From Marispirochaeta sp. (lineage in GTDB: Bacteria > Spirochaetota > Spirochaetia > JC444 > Marispirochaetaceae), in NCBI GenBank assembly GCA_963676835.2, contig CAXXFF010000003.1:128001-192000 (forward strand): DNA of 64,000 bases. Direction: 5' to 3'. This document shows positions 48,606-58,787 of this stretch, one piece after another. Made by a program: the position numbers and the translations under genes. Positions within the stretch are counted from its first letter, which is position 1. Each line of letters opens with the position of its first letter. Under the pieces are notes generated by a model that was given only the letters and a program-made list of their open reading frames with translations, made no database searches and was not told the origin of the DNA.

Positions 48606-48912
48606 CTTCTTATTTTTTCAGGTTGTTAACGAACCGACGAAGAATTGGGACTTTCCTCCATTAAGCTTGATATACCCCTTTTCACATACGACTGTTACTT
48701 TAAAGCGAATATAATCATTCCTTAAATAGCAGGTTACGTGGTAAAATCTTACCCTTTAAAAGGTGTAACTGAACCTTGAACCTTCAATCTAAAAGGGGAA
48801 TATCAGGTCACATCTAAAAACTACTCATACTGCAGTTTTCCTTAATTTCTCCGGTTAATTTCTGAACCTCAGCGCTTGCAAGGGGTTTTGATCTTACAAT
48901 ACTATCAGAAAC

Positions 48913-49260
48913 ATGAAAGCTGAAATGAAAAAGAAGAAACACAGAATAGATCTCCGTGGGACCATTCCTCTGTTTTTCAGGAAATACTATTTTGTAATAC
49001 TCATAGGCAGAGACACCAGAGAAACAACCCAGGCAATCGAAGCCGACCGCAGAGCCGGAGTAAGGAGAGTCGGCTTTATTATGTCTCTCGTTTTCATATC
49101 CATACCGCTTTTGATCTTCATTTTTCTGCTGCTGTACTTTTTAAAATCTGCTTTAGGAATCAATATCTTTCCCCACAGACATCTTGGTGATTTCACCGAC
49201 CCGATATTGAGTTTTTTTGATACAATACTTGAGAAAATTGCTGCATCAATATCTAATTGA
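48913..49260 (+). CDS. Hypothetical membrane protein
   Basis: HRIDLRGTIP...YYFV..GRDTR, one TM helix, YFLKSALGINIFP. Confidence 0.65.
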   Translation: MKAEMKKKKHRIDLRGTIPLFFRKYYFVILIGRDTRETTQAIEADRRAGVRRVGFIMSLVFISIPLLIFIFLLLYFLKSALGINIFPHRHLGDFTDPILSFFDTILEKIAASISN

Positions 49261-49332
49261 TTCGGATGTCTCTAATCCATAAAATTGCATCGTTCTATGG
49301 TTTAGATTAAAACACCAATCAGGAAACACAGT

Positions 49333-49731
49333 TCAACCTGGTCTATATCCGGTAGTTGTAGCAATAGCTACCTGTCTTCCTTCTTCATCGCTGACTTCAA
49401 TCTTGTAAAAGCAAATTTTCTTCTTATTCTCAATGCAGACTGCCTCTGCAAACAAGACAGGTCCTTTTGAAGGACTCATAAAGTTGATATTACTGTTTAA
49501 AGAGACTGTAACACCTTCATTTCCACTGTTTGCGGCTACTGCGAAGGTAAAATCGGCCAGAGTGAAGATTGCTCCTCCCATGACATACCCTGCAGCGTTC
49601 ATATGCCTTTCAGTTATTTTAAGCATACATCTGGCAGTATCTAAACCTGCGGATTGTATAGCTATTCCCGTGGTTTCTGTTGCATATATATCATCACAGA
49701 ATTTCTCTACAGCTGCATTAGTATAATCCAT
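49333..49731 (-). CDS. PaaI-family hotdog thioesterase
   Basis: HMNAAGYVMGGAIFTLADFTFAVAAN. Confidence 0.88.
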   Translation of the reverse strand: MDYTNAAVEKFCDDIYATETTGIAIQSAGLDTARCMLKITERHMNAAGYVMGGAIFTLADFTFAVAANSGNEGVTVSLNSNINFMSPSKGPVLFAEAVCIENKKKICFYKIEVSDEEGRQVAIATTTGYRPG

Positions 49732-49908
49732 TTACTTGCTTTAACCTTCCTTGAATATGTGTAATAGTATGCTCGATTTTCATTACCGGATACTCCGTAC
49801 TTCCGGCCTTAAAACTTTTAATACTTAATATTTGGTAGAAAATTCGAAATTCAACTTACCAATCATTACAATTGAATAGACCAACTCTCTATATAGAAGA
49901 GGAACTGA

Positions 49909-51777
49909 ATGGTTAACCATCGACGCCACTATCTGATTAATATTTTCATATCCATAATTTTTGGATCCATTGCTATAGGTTTAAGCAGCGCTTTTTTCAA
50001 GGCTGAAGAGTCATCATACATCAGTACATCAATACGTACCATCCTGGTATGTCTCCCCTTCGGCCTGCCTGCCTTAGGAGCAATGGCCTGGTATTCCCGC
50101 ATATATAATCACCTTTCCGCAGCCGCAGCAGACGGAAATGATACTAAAATTGGTGAAAATATTGAAACAATCGGAAAACTGCCGCTTATTTCAATGGCGG
50201 TTTTCAGCATAGCGCTTATCTTGTTTGGTTTCGGTATAGTAAGTTTCAGCAGGTTTATACAAATTTTACCAGGCCTTGAAATTACCCTTGCAATACTCAG
50301 CGTTTCGTGGGGGATGCTTGCGGCGGCATCAGTATACATGGGAACAGACCAAATCAACGGGAACTTCCTTGAGAATTGTAAAATTACCCATTACCCTTCT
50401 GCCCTGAGAGCCAGCCGGCAGTCTCAAAAAATGATTATTATTCCGGTAATGACTGCCATACTGGGACTTACCTTTACCTTCGGCCTGGCGGGCAGCCTGT
50501 TGCTGAAATATGGCAGTTTGACAGCAATACCTTCGGGTTCTCTCCTGCTGCTCATTGTGTTTGTCCTGGTTTACTATATCACCATAGTTTCCCTTGCCAT
50601 TACCGGAAGCTCTAATCATAAGCGCGTATTCAACTCGGTTATTAAACAGCTGGATCAGCTTTCTTCCGGAGACAAGGATCTTTCAAAAAGAATATTTATA
50701 GGCAGTATTGATGAGGTGGCCTCGATATCAGGGCTCATCAACACCTTTGTAGAAACCCTGGCAGATAGCATCATTCTAATTAAATCAACACAGAACGAAC
50801 TGATTACAGTCGGAGATAACCTGAGCATAAACGCCCATGAATCTCAGATCAATGTCGAGGAAATCTCCGGTTTCATCGAAAAAATGCAGGACCAGACCAC
50901 TATTCAGACCAATAGTATCCAGGAAACATCGTCGGCCGTTGAAGAAATAGGCATGATAATCAGCAATATGAACAAGCTGATTACAGAACAAACCTCAAGT
51001 ATAAATGATTCATCCACATCCATTGAGCAAATGACCAGTAATATTACCTCTATCAACTCCTCAATAAACACAATGGCTGATGAGTTTAAGGCATTGACCG
51101 AAACATCCCGGACAGGGCTTTCTATCCAGGAAGAAACATACATTCGTACATCGGAGATTTCCAAACGTTCGGAGGATCTTCAGGTCGCCAATAAAGTGAT
51201 ATCCGATATTGCAGCCCAGACTAATCTTCTGGCAATGAACGCTGCAATTGAAGCGGCCCATGCGGGGAAATCCGGTCTTGGTTTTTCTGTTGTGGCCCAG
51301 GAAATACGCAAGCTGGCGGAACATTCTGCTGCCAATTCCAAAACAATTGGTACAATTCTTAATGAGGTACAGTCAGGAATTCAACAGGTTGTGGCATCTT
51401 CATTATCCTCAAAAGATATTTTTTCCCAGGTTGCAGATAAAATTTCAGCCACAGATCAGCTTGTCCATGAAATCAACAGCACCATGACAGAGCAGCAGCA
51501 GGGAACAAGCCAGATACTGAAAGCACTTGAGACAATGAATGATATTACCGCTCAGGTACAAACAGGGGCAACGGAAATGAACCTGGGAAGCCAGACAATT
51601 GTCAGGGAAATCCACACACTCAATGAGCACACATCCGAAACCAACGCCAATATGGATGCCATTGTACAGGGAATAGAAAAAGTTAACGAAAGTGTCCGGA
51701 CAGTATCAGAAATTTCGCTGCAAACCGGGGACGCTATAAAACAAATTGCAGAGGCAATCGGCGATTTTATGGTATAG
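49909..51777 (+). CDS. Methyl-accepting chemotaxis protein
   Basis: Multi-TM N-terminus, HAMP-like DLSKRI..DEV, signalling hairpin IAAQTNLLAMNAAIEAAHAGKSGLGFSVVAQEIRKLAE. Confidence 0.93.
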   Translation: MVNHRRHYLINIFISIIFGSIAIGLSSAFFKAEESSYISTSIRTILVCLPFGLPALGAMAWYSRIYNHLSAAAADGNDTKIGENIETIGKLPLISMAVFSIALILFGFGIVSFSRFIQILPGLEITLAILSVSWGMLAAASVYMGTDQINGNFLENCKITHYPSALRASRQSQKMIIIPVMTAILGLTFTFGLAGSLLLKYGSLTAIPSGSLLLLIVFVLVYYITIVSLAITGSSNHKRVFNSVIKQLDQLSSGDKDLSKRIFIGSIDEVASISGLINTFVETLADSIILIKSTQNELITVGDNLSINAHESQINVEEISGFIEKMQDQTTIQTNSIQETSSAVEEIGMIISNMNKLITEQTSSINDSSTSIEQMTSNITSINSSINTMADEFKALTETSRTGLSIQEETYIRTSEISKRSEDLQVANKVISDIAAQTNLLAMNAAIEAAHAGKSGLGFSVVAQEIRKLAEHSAANSKTIGTILNEVQSGIQQVVASSLSSKDIFSQVADKISATDQLVHEINSTMTEQQQGTSQILKALETMNDITAQVQTGATEMNLGSQTIVREIHTLNEHTSETNANMDAIVQGIEKVNESVRTVSEISLQTGDAIKQIAEAIGDFMV

Positions 51778-51792
51778 CTGAATTATAGGTGT

Positions 51793-52869
51793 TTATAGCT
51801 TAAGATCAGGCAGCCGGGTTTTATCGTACTGTCTTGCACCACCATCTCTTACACGGAAATCAGCCTGGATAATCACCGGAGCGGTAGAATCTCCTTTTAT
51901 CGCAGACAAGGGAAACCGGGCCTCAAGGAAACCTTCTCCCACAGAGGTTTGACACCCCCGGGTAATATTTTTCTGGCTTGTATGATCAAGAGTCCAGCCG
52001 TCCCCCTGAAGTTTTAAAATATTTACAGTGGCGGGCTGCTTGTTTTTGAGACACCATAATTCATAATGATATCCGTTTATATTGAAAACAAGATCATAGG
52101 TTATATCAGCAGAATCTGCCCGGGGCTTACCCCCGCGGAAATCGACTCTTATATATATATTCTCAGTATCCTTTGCCAGATAAACCTTGTTGATGTCCCT
52201 TTCCGGGGAAATATCCTCATTCAGCATGGCCAGCGCCTGAGGACCGAAAGTCCAATCTGCAAGATTACCATCAATCTTTATTACACCATCCGGAACGATA
52301 ACCATATCCCATGAGAACTCTTTATCGTGGTACCAGGTATCAGTTTCGTTTGTAATTACTGTTTCAACCGTATCTATTACAGAAATTAATGCCTCGGGAG
52401 CTATCGCCTGCTCCAGGCTGTAACTGAGAAGTACTCCCTCTGCCATATCCAAAGAACAGTTTGCCGGAGCCTTTACCAGTATCCAGCAGACATCCGCACT
52501 GTCTGTATAGGAATCAAATATTTTGGCCCCTGCTACCCGAATATCTGTAAGCTGATGATCAACCCTGGTTAATATCTGTTCCTCTTTCCCGCTGGACGAG
52601 AAAGTATTCTCCGTTGATAGAGCTGATACAACAGTTGTTTTAAACTGCCTTGCAATACTTACAAAAGCCTTTTCTTTGGCTTCGGACATATCCGGATCAC
52701 AGCCAATGCCGAAAAAATAGCCTTCCTCCTTCGGGGGACTATAAAGCCATGAAGGACCATTTCCAGGATTGACAGATTCAGTAGACTGCATATTTCCCGA
52801 GCTGTTGCTGGCGCAGCCTGCAGTAAGGAGACAAAGAATAAACACAGTTACATTAGTACTTTTAAACAT
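51793..52869 (-). CDS. LPP20-family lipoprotein with C-terminal beta-sandwich (DOMON/CBM9-like) domain
   Basis: Lipobox LTAGC, PSWL...YFFGIG, C-terminal IKIDGNLADW...NIYIRVDF...LEARFPLS. Confidence 0.6.
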   Translation of the reverse strand: MFKSTNVTVFILCLLTAGCASNSSGNMQSTESVNPGNGPSWLYSPPKEEGYFFGIGCDPDMSEAKEKAFVSIARQFKTTVVSALSTENTFSSSGKEEQILTRVDHQLTDIRVAGAKIFDSYTDSADVCWILVKAPANCSLDMAEGVLLSYSLEQAIAPEALISVIDTVETVITNETDTWYHDKEFSWDMVIVPDGVIKIDGNLADWTFGPQALAMLNEDISPERDINKVYLAKDTENIYIRVDFRGGKPRADSADITYDLVFNINGYHYELWCLKNKQPATVNILKLQGDGWTLDHTSQKNITRGCQTSVGEGFLEARFPLSAIKGDSTAPVIIQADFRVRDGGARQYDKTRLPDLKL

Positions 52870-52939
52870 AGTTTTGACCTCATCCCCGGCAAACAGAGAT
52901 ATTTCATTTTAACCCGAAGGCCGGAAGGTATCTACCAGT

Positions 52940-55321
52940 TTACCAGTAAGTTGCCTTGATTCGGAAGAAAATGCCGTCTACGCCCCCTTCATTCCAGGTT
53001 TTATTGTTGTAAAGACCGGAAAGGGTATTAAACCCGGCCATGGTAAACCCTGTCATATAATCAACGTCTTTATAATGAAGTATTATCCCCGATTCTATAC
53101 CTGAAGTCTCACCCCAGAGCATATCTGCAAGATCATATAAGGTAAGCACCGTATAGAACTCAAAGGATTTGTAGAGGATTCCGAAATCCAGCCCGCTCAT
53201 TTGACGGAAAGACGATTCACCGAATACTGCCTGATAAGCAATCCCGGGGTTTAGATACACCGCAGAGTAAGGGTAAAGAAAGGACCATCCTGTGGATAAT
53301 CTTAAGGTATTGTTCAGATGATCCCATTCAGGATAAGTACTGAACTCTTCTCCCCGTGTGTATTTTAGTCCTGCACTGGCCGACAGGCGCAGGGAGTTGA
53401 TATTCCGGTAGTAACCGCCTTCTGCGGCGAGCTTCAGGGTATCACCATTCAAAGCAAAGGCAATCTCACCATCAAGTGAATCAGTATCGTACCACATCGA
53501 ACTGAACAGATTTGGAACTCCAAGGTTTTCCTGATAGGTCAATGTATTTATATCACTTCCTGCCTGATCCGTGCCGATGACATCCGGGACAAGGGCAAAT
53601 TGCGCTCCAAAAGGACCATTATGCTGCCATTTACCGTTTATCCACAATGAGGTCGGCGTCATATCCTGACCCAGGGCAGGTTCTATACCTGCTGAGCGTG
53701 TAACCTGCAGCCATTTGTGGAGTGGATCGGGAGAAAAATAGCCTGCCTCAAACGTTACTTCATCATTAAGATCCTGCTCCATATAGAGTGCTTTCAGATA
53801 AACATCAGAACCGTTTATTGCACCTTTGTTTAAATCATCAAAATTCACCTCTTCTATACCTGCAGATGCATAGAGACGGGTTCCTTCGGAAAGTTGGTTC
53901 TGTATGTACAAATGGAGATCATCCAGCTGACTGTAGAACCGGGGGTCGCCATCACCGTTCAGCCCCCAGGCCATACGCCAATCCAGACTGAAATCAAATT
54001 GGGTTTTATTTAATACTGTCAGCGGCGTACCTGGTCCTGTAGTCGACAGAGGATCATCTTCAAGAGGCGAAACTGTTTCAGTTACGACAGTTTTTTCTGG
54101 TTGAAACAGTGTTGCCGCAGACCAGTCCAGAATTAGGTCCACGCCTCTCACGGAGAAATTTGCCGACAGTTCCTCCATTGTTTTCACCGGTATTCCGGAC
54201 CTGGCAACAACCTCACAAAGACTTTGAAATTCGGATGCACTAACCTCTGTTTCAGCATTGGATTCAGAACCTATTTTATGCAATACAAGGATTAATACTT
54301 CGCCTTTAGAGTCCATAGTCCTGAGCCGTTCTTCCAGAACTGCAGGATTTACCGGCGGAACGATATTTAACACACGAAGATTGTATCTGTTTCCCGGCGG
54401 CAGCGTTTCACGAAACTCTATGATACTTCTGGCGCTCCTGAAATATGTTGGTACAATACCCATTACTTCACCCCCGGAAGCACCATTCGGAAAAGCAAAA
54501 TCATACGCTGAGAAAGAGTTATCATCAAACCATGCCTGCTGAGCCTGAAAGATTGCGGTAAGTTCACTTTCAGTTTTATTATCCAGCCTTTCCATATAAT
54601 GTCCGCCGAGACTCCAGTGAAAGCTATCAGTAAGACTTCTCAACTCTTCAAGACTCATATAGTTATCAGTACCTATCCGCTCCGGTATGATATAAGCAGT
54701 ACCTTTGAGATTAAAATCCGCCATTATCGGCGCAGCTGTTTCATACTGGGATTTCCACCCGTCATCAAAAGTAATAGCCACAGCAGAATCCTGTAGAGTT
54801 TCTTCCAGAAGGACAGGACCTATCTTTATTGAAACTGGTTCGGTACCATCATCATTAAGCCAGAACTGAAATGCCCTTAGATGGGCCGGATCCGGCTGTC
54901 CCCAGGCGCTGCCCGAAGAGAGAGTAAAGCTCAACCTGTTCCACTCCCCTTCCCTGAGTTGTGTCTTGTCACTGCTAACGAGAAATACTATACGGTCGGA
55001 AAAATCCGCATCGTTAGCAGTAAAAATCCAGAAATCTTTTAGCGCTTTAGTGTTCTCAGGTTTAACCCAGACAATCAGGTTCTTTTGTTCAAGGCTGTAA
55101 ACCGGCACCGTCGCTGCGGTCACCTGAACATTCCCGCCTTTCCCATCAGCCTGAATAAGCATGGACTGGTTCCACATATCTTCACCTGTCTCAATACTGA
55201 TTGTGCCGGTGGGAGAAAATAAAACAAAGGGGTTATCCTCTCTCGGGAGATACAAAAGGGATGTTTCATTTGAAAGGAGATAAGTGGGCATAATAAGCAG
55301 CAGAAGAATAAATCTCTTCAT
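52940..55321 (-). CDS. Secreted polysaccharide deacetylase (CE4/NodB) fused to a probable outer-membrane beta-barrel
   Basis: Signal peptide, ITFDDG, FAFPNG, LVLHKI, then ~350 aa of alternating aromatic beta-strands ending FFRIKATYW. Confidence 0.65.
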   Translation of the reverse strand: MKRFILLLLIMPTYLLSNETSLLYLPREDNPFVLFSPTGTISIETGEDMWNQSMLIQADGKGGNVQVTAATVPVYSLEQKNLIVWVKPENTKALKDFWIFTANDADFSDRIVFLVSSDKTQLREGEWNRLSFTLSSGSAWGQPDPAHLRAFQFWLNDDGTEPVSIKIGPVLLEETLQDSAVAITFDDGWKSQYETAAPIMADFNLKGTAYIIPERIGTDNYMSLEELRSLTDSFHWSLGGHYMERLDNKTESELTAIFQAQQAWFDDNSFSAYDFAFPNGASGGEVMGIVPTYFRSARSIIEFRETLPPGNRYNLRVLNIVPPVNPAVLEERLRTMDSKGEVLILVLHKIGSESNAETEVSASEFQSLCEVVARSGIPVKTMEELSANFSVRGVDLILDWSAATLFQPEKTVVTETVSPLEDDPLSTTGPGTPLTVLNKTQFDFSLDWRMAWGLNGDGDPRFYSQLDDLHLYIQNQLSEGTRLYASAGIEEVNFDDLNKGAINGSDVYLKALYMEQDLNDEVTFEAGYFSPDPLHKWLQVTRSAGIEPALGQDMTPTSLWINGKWQHNGPFGAQFALVPDVIGTDQAGSDINTLTYQENLGVPNLFSSMWYDTDSLDGEIAFALNGDTLKLAAEGGYYRNINSLRLSASAGLKYTRGEEFSTYPEWDHLNNTLRLSTGWSFLYPYSAVYLNPGIAYQAVFGESSFRQMSGLDFGILYKSFEFYTVLTLYDLADMLWGETSGIESGIILHYKDVDYMTGFTMAGFNTLSGLYNNKTWNEGGVDGIFFRIKATYW

Positions 55322-55382
55322 GAGTATAAATCCTCTAAAAGTACCTTGCAGTTAACTCCTAGTGTATTAAACTTTCACTGAA

Positions 55383-56087
55383 ATGAAAAAGAAATTTCTG
55401 GTTTATCTTATTTCATTTATGTGGCTCCTTTCTGGGGTTAATCTTTCTGCCGAGGATGCGTCCACTGTCAGGTTTAGTGGCTATACATGGATTGTGAAAG
55501 ATGCTCCGAACCTGAGGGGCCCCGGCCCAAACCGGTTCTCCAGAACAGCAGTAATGGTTGAGAATGACGACCTTAAACTGGCTATTAGCCCCAAAGGCAA
55601 CCGGTGGGTCTCTTCGGAAATATACAGCACGAACAGGTTCGGGTACGGTCTGTATGAGATTACTTTTTCCGTTCCATGGGCGCTGGACTCTCAGGGGGTA
55701 TTCGGTTTTTTCCTGTATAACGGGGACAAACCGCCATTCTTTAATGAAATCGATTTTGAAATCTCCCGATGGGGTTATACCGGCAATCCACCCTATTCTT
55801 TCACAGTGCAGCCATATACAAAGCAGGGCAACAGTATTGCTTTCAGGACCGTGCAGCAGGGCATTTTCACCTGCAGTATCGAATGGACTGAGGATGCGGC
55901 ACATTTCTTACTGAAAAATGATCAAAACAGGATTTTGCAGGAGTTTGAATATCGGGGCAGTTATTTACCGCGAAACACGGAGAGCCGGGTTCATATAAAC
56001 CTGTGGCTCTTTAATGGTGACCCGCCTCAGGGGGATGGCGATCTTGAGATAACGGTACATTCTTTTACGTATATGCCTCGTCATTAA
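55383..56087 (+). CDS. Secreted GH16-like glycoside hydrolase
   Basis: Signal peptide, FGYGLY, catalytic EIDFE (ExDxE), HINLW. Confidence 0.8.
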   Translation: MKKKFLVYLISFMWLLSGVNLSAEDASTVRFSGYTWIVKDAPNLRGPGPNRFSRTAVMVENDDLKLAISPKGNRWVSSEIYSTNRFGYGLYEITFSVPWALDSQGVFGFFLYNGDKPPFFNEIDFEISRWGYTGNPPYSFTVQPYTKQGNSIAFRTVQQGIFTCSIEWTEDAAHFLLKNDQNRILQEFEYRGSYLPRNTESRVHINLWLFNGDPPQGDGDLEITVHSFTYMPRH

Positions 56088-56131
56088 TACAAATATTTGA
56101 TTTTTTAAACAACTCTTCTATACTTTTCAGT

Positions 56132-56464
56132 ATGACCACGGAAGAAAACGGAAACATTACTATTATAACTCCGGAACAGAAACAGCTGGATGTTACCAAC
56201 ACCACAGACTTTTTGGATACCCTGACGATCTACCTTAAAGGACGGCGGGACGTAGTACTGGACCTAAAAAATATACTCTTTATGGATTCTTCCGGTTTGA
56301 ATTCCATTATATCAACCCAGAGAATGATGAATCAGGAGAATAGAAATCTTGTACTTTGTAACGCCTCTTCAGCGGTGAGTCTGCTTTTTAAAATGGTAAA
56401 GTTATCCAAAATTGTAAATATTACCCAGGATAGAGATGCTGCTCTCGAAAGCCTGGGTGAGTAA
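56132..56464 (+). CDS. STAS-domain anti-sigma-factor antagonist
   Basis: VVLDLKNILFMDSSGL phosphorylation motif. Confidence 0.88.
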   Translation: MTTEENGNITIITPEQKQLDVTNTTDFLDTLTIYLKGRRDVVLDLKNILFMDSSGLNSIISTQRMMNQENRNLVLCNASSAVSLLFKMVKLSKIVNITQDRDAALESLGE

Positions 56465-56548
56465 GGTTTTTGCTGGTGGGGGTCTACTCAGGGATGTAAA
56501 TTATACAGGAATACAAGCCCGGCTTATTCATATGGGTAAGAGATAAAT

Positions 56549-58240
56549 ATGAAATCAAAAAAGATCGCACCGGTAGAAATCGCAGACTCCATTTACTGGC
56601 TCGGATCTACAAATGTCAGCGATTTTCTTCAGATCAACACATATATGGTTTATAGAAACGGGAAAGGAATAGTCATCGATCCCGGCCCGAGAAAATATTT
56701 CAAGGAAACCCTGACTGCCCTTGAAGAAATCGCTCCCAAGGAAGATATTTTCGCCCTGGTTCTCTCCAACCAGGATCCGGATATCTGTTCCAGTATCACC
56801 TCATGGGAAAATGAGGGGTTTAACGGCAAGATTATAGCCCACTGGAGAACCGGTCTTTTTGTAGATTCGTATGGTCTGCTAAATCCGATTCACAATATAA
56901 AAGACGATTTTACCGGACCCCAGGCTGAGTATTTATCCCTTGATTTCATATCGTTTCCCTACCTCCACTCTCCCGGAGCATTATTGACATACGACAGTGT
57001 TACCGGAACACTTTTTTCTTCAGATCTTTTCGGCGCCTTCGGAAGTACAGGTAACCTGTATGCTGATGATGAATATTTTAAAAGGATGTTGAAATACAAT
57101 AAACACTTCCTGTTAACCGGACAAAATCTATCTGCCGCTATTTCACAGCTTAATACACTCGATTTAAAAATAATTGCCCCCCAGCACGGCTGTGTAATCA
57201 CCGATCAGCATGAAAAATATTTTCAGGCATTTCGCCATATTAATGAAAATTTTTTCCCCTCCACTCAGGGTGCTGTCAACGAGGGAACACCTGCAACAGA
57301 TAATGCCTCCCTGTTCTTTTTTGAACAGGGACAGGAACTGGTAACAAACAGAGAAGAAAATCTTGTTGACCCGGCAACGGAATTATACAACAGCCTGTTT
57401 GTAGAGCATTTTCAACCGGATTTTATCGCCTCCCACGATGAAGGGGCTATTGCCTATATCCACCTGGATGGAATGAATGACTTTAACAGTGAGTATGGGT
57501 GGGAAGAAGGTGACAAAGCTCTGGGAACCCTGGCTTCCATATTAAGAGAAAACAAGCCCGATAATTCTTTCCTGTTCAGAGAACAGAGCATCAATCTCTG
57601 TTTGATGATTGCCGACGCGGAAAAAGAAGAGTTTATGTCAATATTGAGCAGTCTTCAAAATACCGTTCGGCTTTCTCAGGATTTTATAAAAGAAATGACA
57701 TGCAGTATTGCAGTGGTCGGGTTAAAGGAGCTAAGTTCCGGATCTGATGATAAAAGTGACCTGGCAGCAAAAATGCTGCGCAACCGTCTGCATACCCTGG
57801 AGGAGATGGAAGCGATGTCCATCTGTGATTTCTCCAATAAAGAAGATGTACGGTCCAGCGCGACTCTTGTGCTTCTTATTGAACCGGAAGCAGGCTATGC
57901 CAGAATGATTGAAGAGTATTTCACCTCCAAAGGAATCAGAATAGAAATCTGTTCCAACGGAGGAAATGCCATCTATATGATCGATGTTCTCCGTCCCGAC
58001 GTAGTTATATCAGAAATACATGTTCCTCAGATTGACGGATTCCGTATTCGGGAGAGGATGCTTAATATACCTGAATTCAGAAATATTCCAGCCCTTTATC
58101 TCAGCTATGAGAAAACAGAAGCCATTATTCACAGGGCAAATTCTCTCGGTGTTCATAATATACTGAAAAAACCGGTAATACTGACAGAACTCTACTGGCT
58201 TGTAATTTCTGAGCTTAAATCAGAGATCATACATGGATAA
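56549..58240 (+). CDS. MBL-fold (ODP/FprA-like) + degenerate GGDEF + receiver-domain regulator
   Basis: SNQDPD, PYLHSPG, FSSDLFG, APQHG; DPATELYN...NDFNSEYGWEEGD with no GGDEF motif; C-terminal REC-like PDVVISEIHVPQIDG...KKP. Confidence 0.75.
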   Translation: MKSKKIAPVEIADSIYWLGSTNVSDFLQINTYMVYRNGKGIVIDPGPRKYFKETLTALEEIAPKEDIFALVLSNQDPDICSSITSWENEGFNGKIIAHWRTGLFVDSYGLLNPIHNIKDDFTGPQAEYLSLDFISFPYLHSPGALLTYDSVTGTLFSSDLFGAFGSTGNLYADDEYFKRMLKYNKHFLLTGQNLSAAISQLNTLDLKIIAPQHGCVITDQHEKYFQAFRHINENFFPSTQGAVNEGTPATDNASLFFFEQGQELVTNREENLVDPATELYNSLFVEHFQPDFIASHDEGAIAYIHLDGMNDFNSEYGWEEGDKALGTLASILRENKPDNSFLFREQSINLCLMIADAEKEEFMSILSSLQNTVRLSQDFIKEMTCSIAVVGLKELSSGSDDKSDLAAKMLRNRLHTLEEMEAMSICDFSNKEDVRSSATLVLLIEPEAGYARMIEEYFTSKGIRIEICSNGGNAIYMIDVLRPDVVISEIHVPQIDGFRIRERMLNIPEFRNIPALYLSYEKTEAIIHRANSLGVHNILKKPVILTELYWLVISELKSEIIHG

Positions 58241-58787
58241 GAGCTGGCTAGTAATCTATCTCCTTATTATCACACTCATCTCTCTGATTGCCTGGGTACT
58301 CGGAACAACTCTTCTGATCAGATTTCAAACCAGACGCAGGAAAAGGAAAACCGAAAGATTAGAGGAACTTATACGGCAATCTGTTGCCGCGGGAAAAATT
58401 ACCGGAATAGAGCATCTATTAGAAGAGCATCAGTTAGACTATCTGCTTGAGTGGGAAGTTGTTGCTCAGGACATTGAAATTCCCGATGCTATTTCACAAG
58501 AACTCTCTTTTTATATTAAAGAATGGAATATACAGGCAAAGGTTGAATCAAAACTACGCAGCCGGTTTTTAAAAAATAGAGTCTCCGGTATTCGTTTAAG
58601 CGATCTATTTGATAATCAAACAAAGGCGGAAATTCTATGTAACCATCTGATATCTGAACCAAAACTGTTTTTGCGTTTAAAGATGGTTTATCTCCTCTGC
58701 GAAACGGGCATACCGGATATTGTAGATTATGTCGTAAACAGTATGGAGGGGGCAGAAGATTTATACAGAAAAAAGTTATCAGCATAA
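58233..58787 (+). CDS. Membrane-anchored HEAT-repeat-like protein; probably the N-terminal part of the next ORF
   Basis: N-terminal TM helix and helical repeats. Ends shortly after an A_AAA_AAG site, with TAATG overlap to the next ORF. Confidence 0.6.
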   Translation: MDKSWLVIYLLIITLISLIAWVLGTTLLIRFQTRRRKRKTERLEELIRQSVAAGKITGIEHLLEEHQLDYLLEWEVVAQDIEIPDAISQELSFYIKEWNIQAKVESKLRSRFLKNRVSGIRLSDLFDNQTKAEILCNHLISEPKLFLRLKMVYLLCETGIPDIVDYVVNSMEGAEDLYRKKLSA

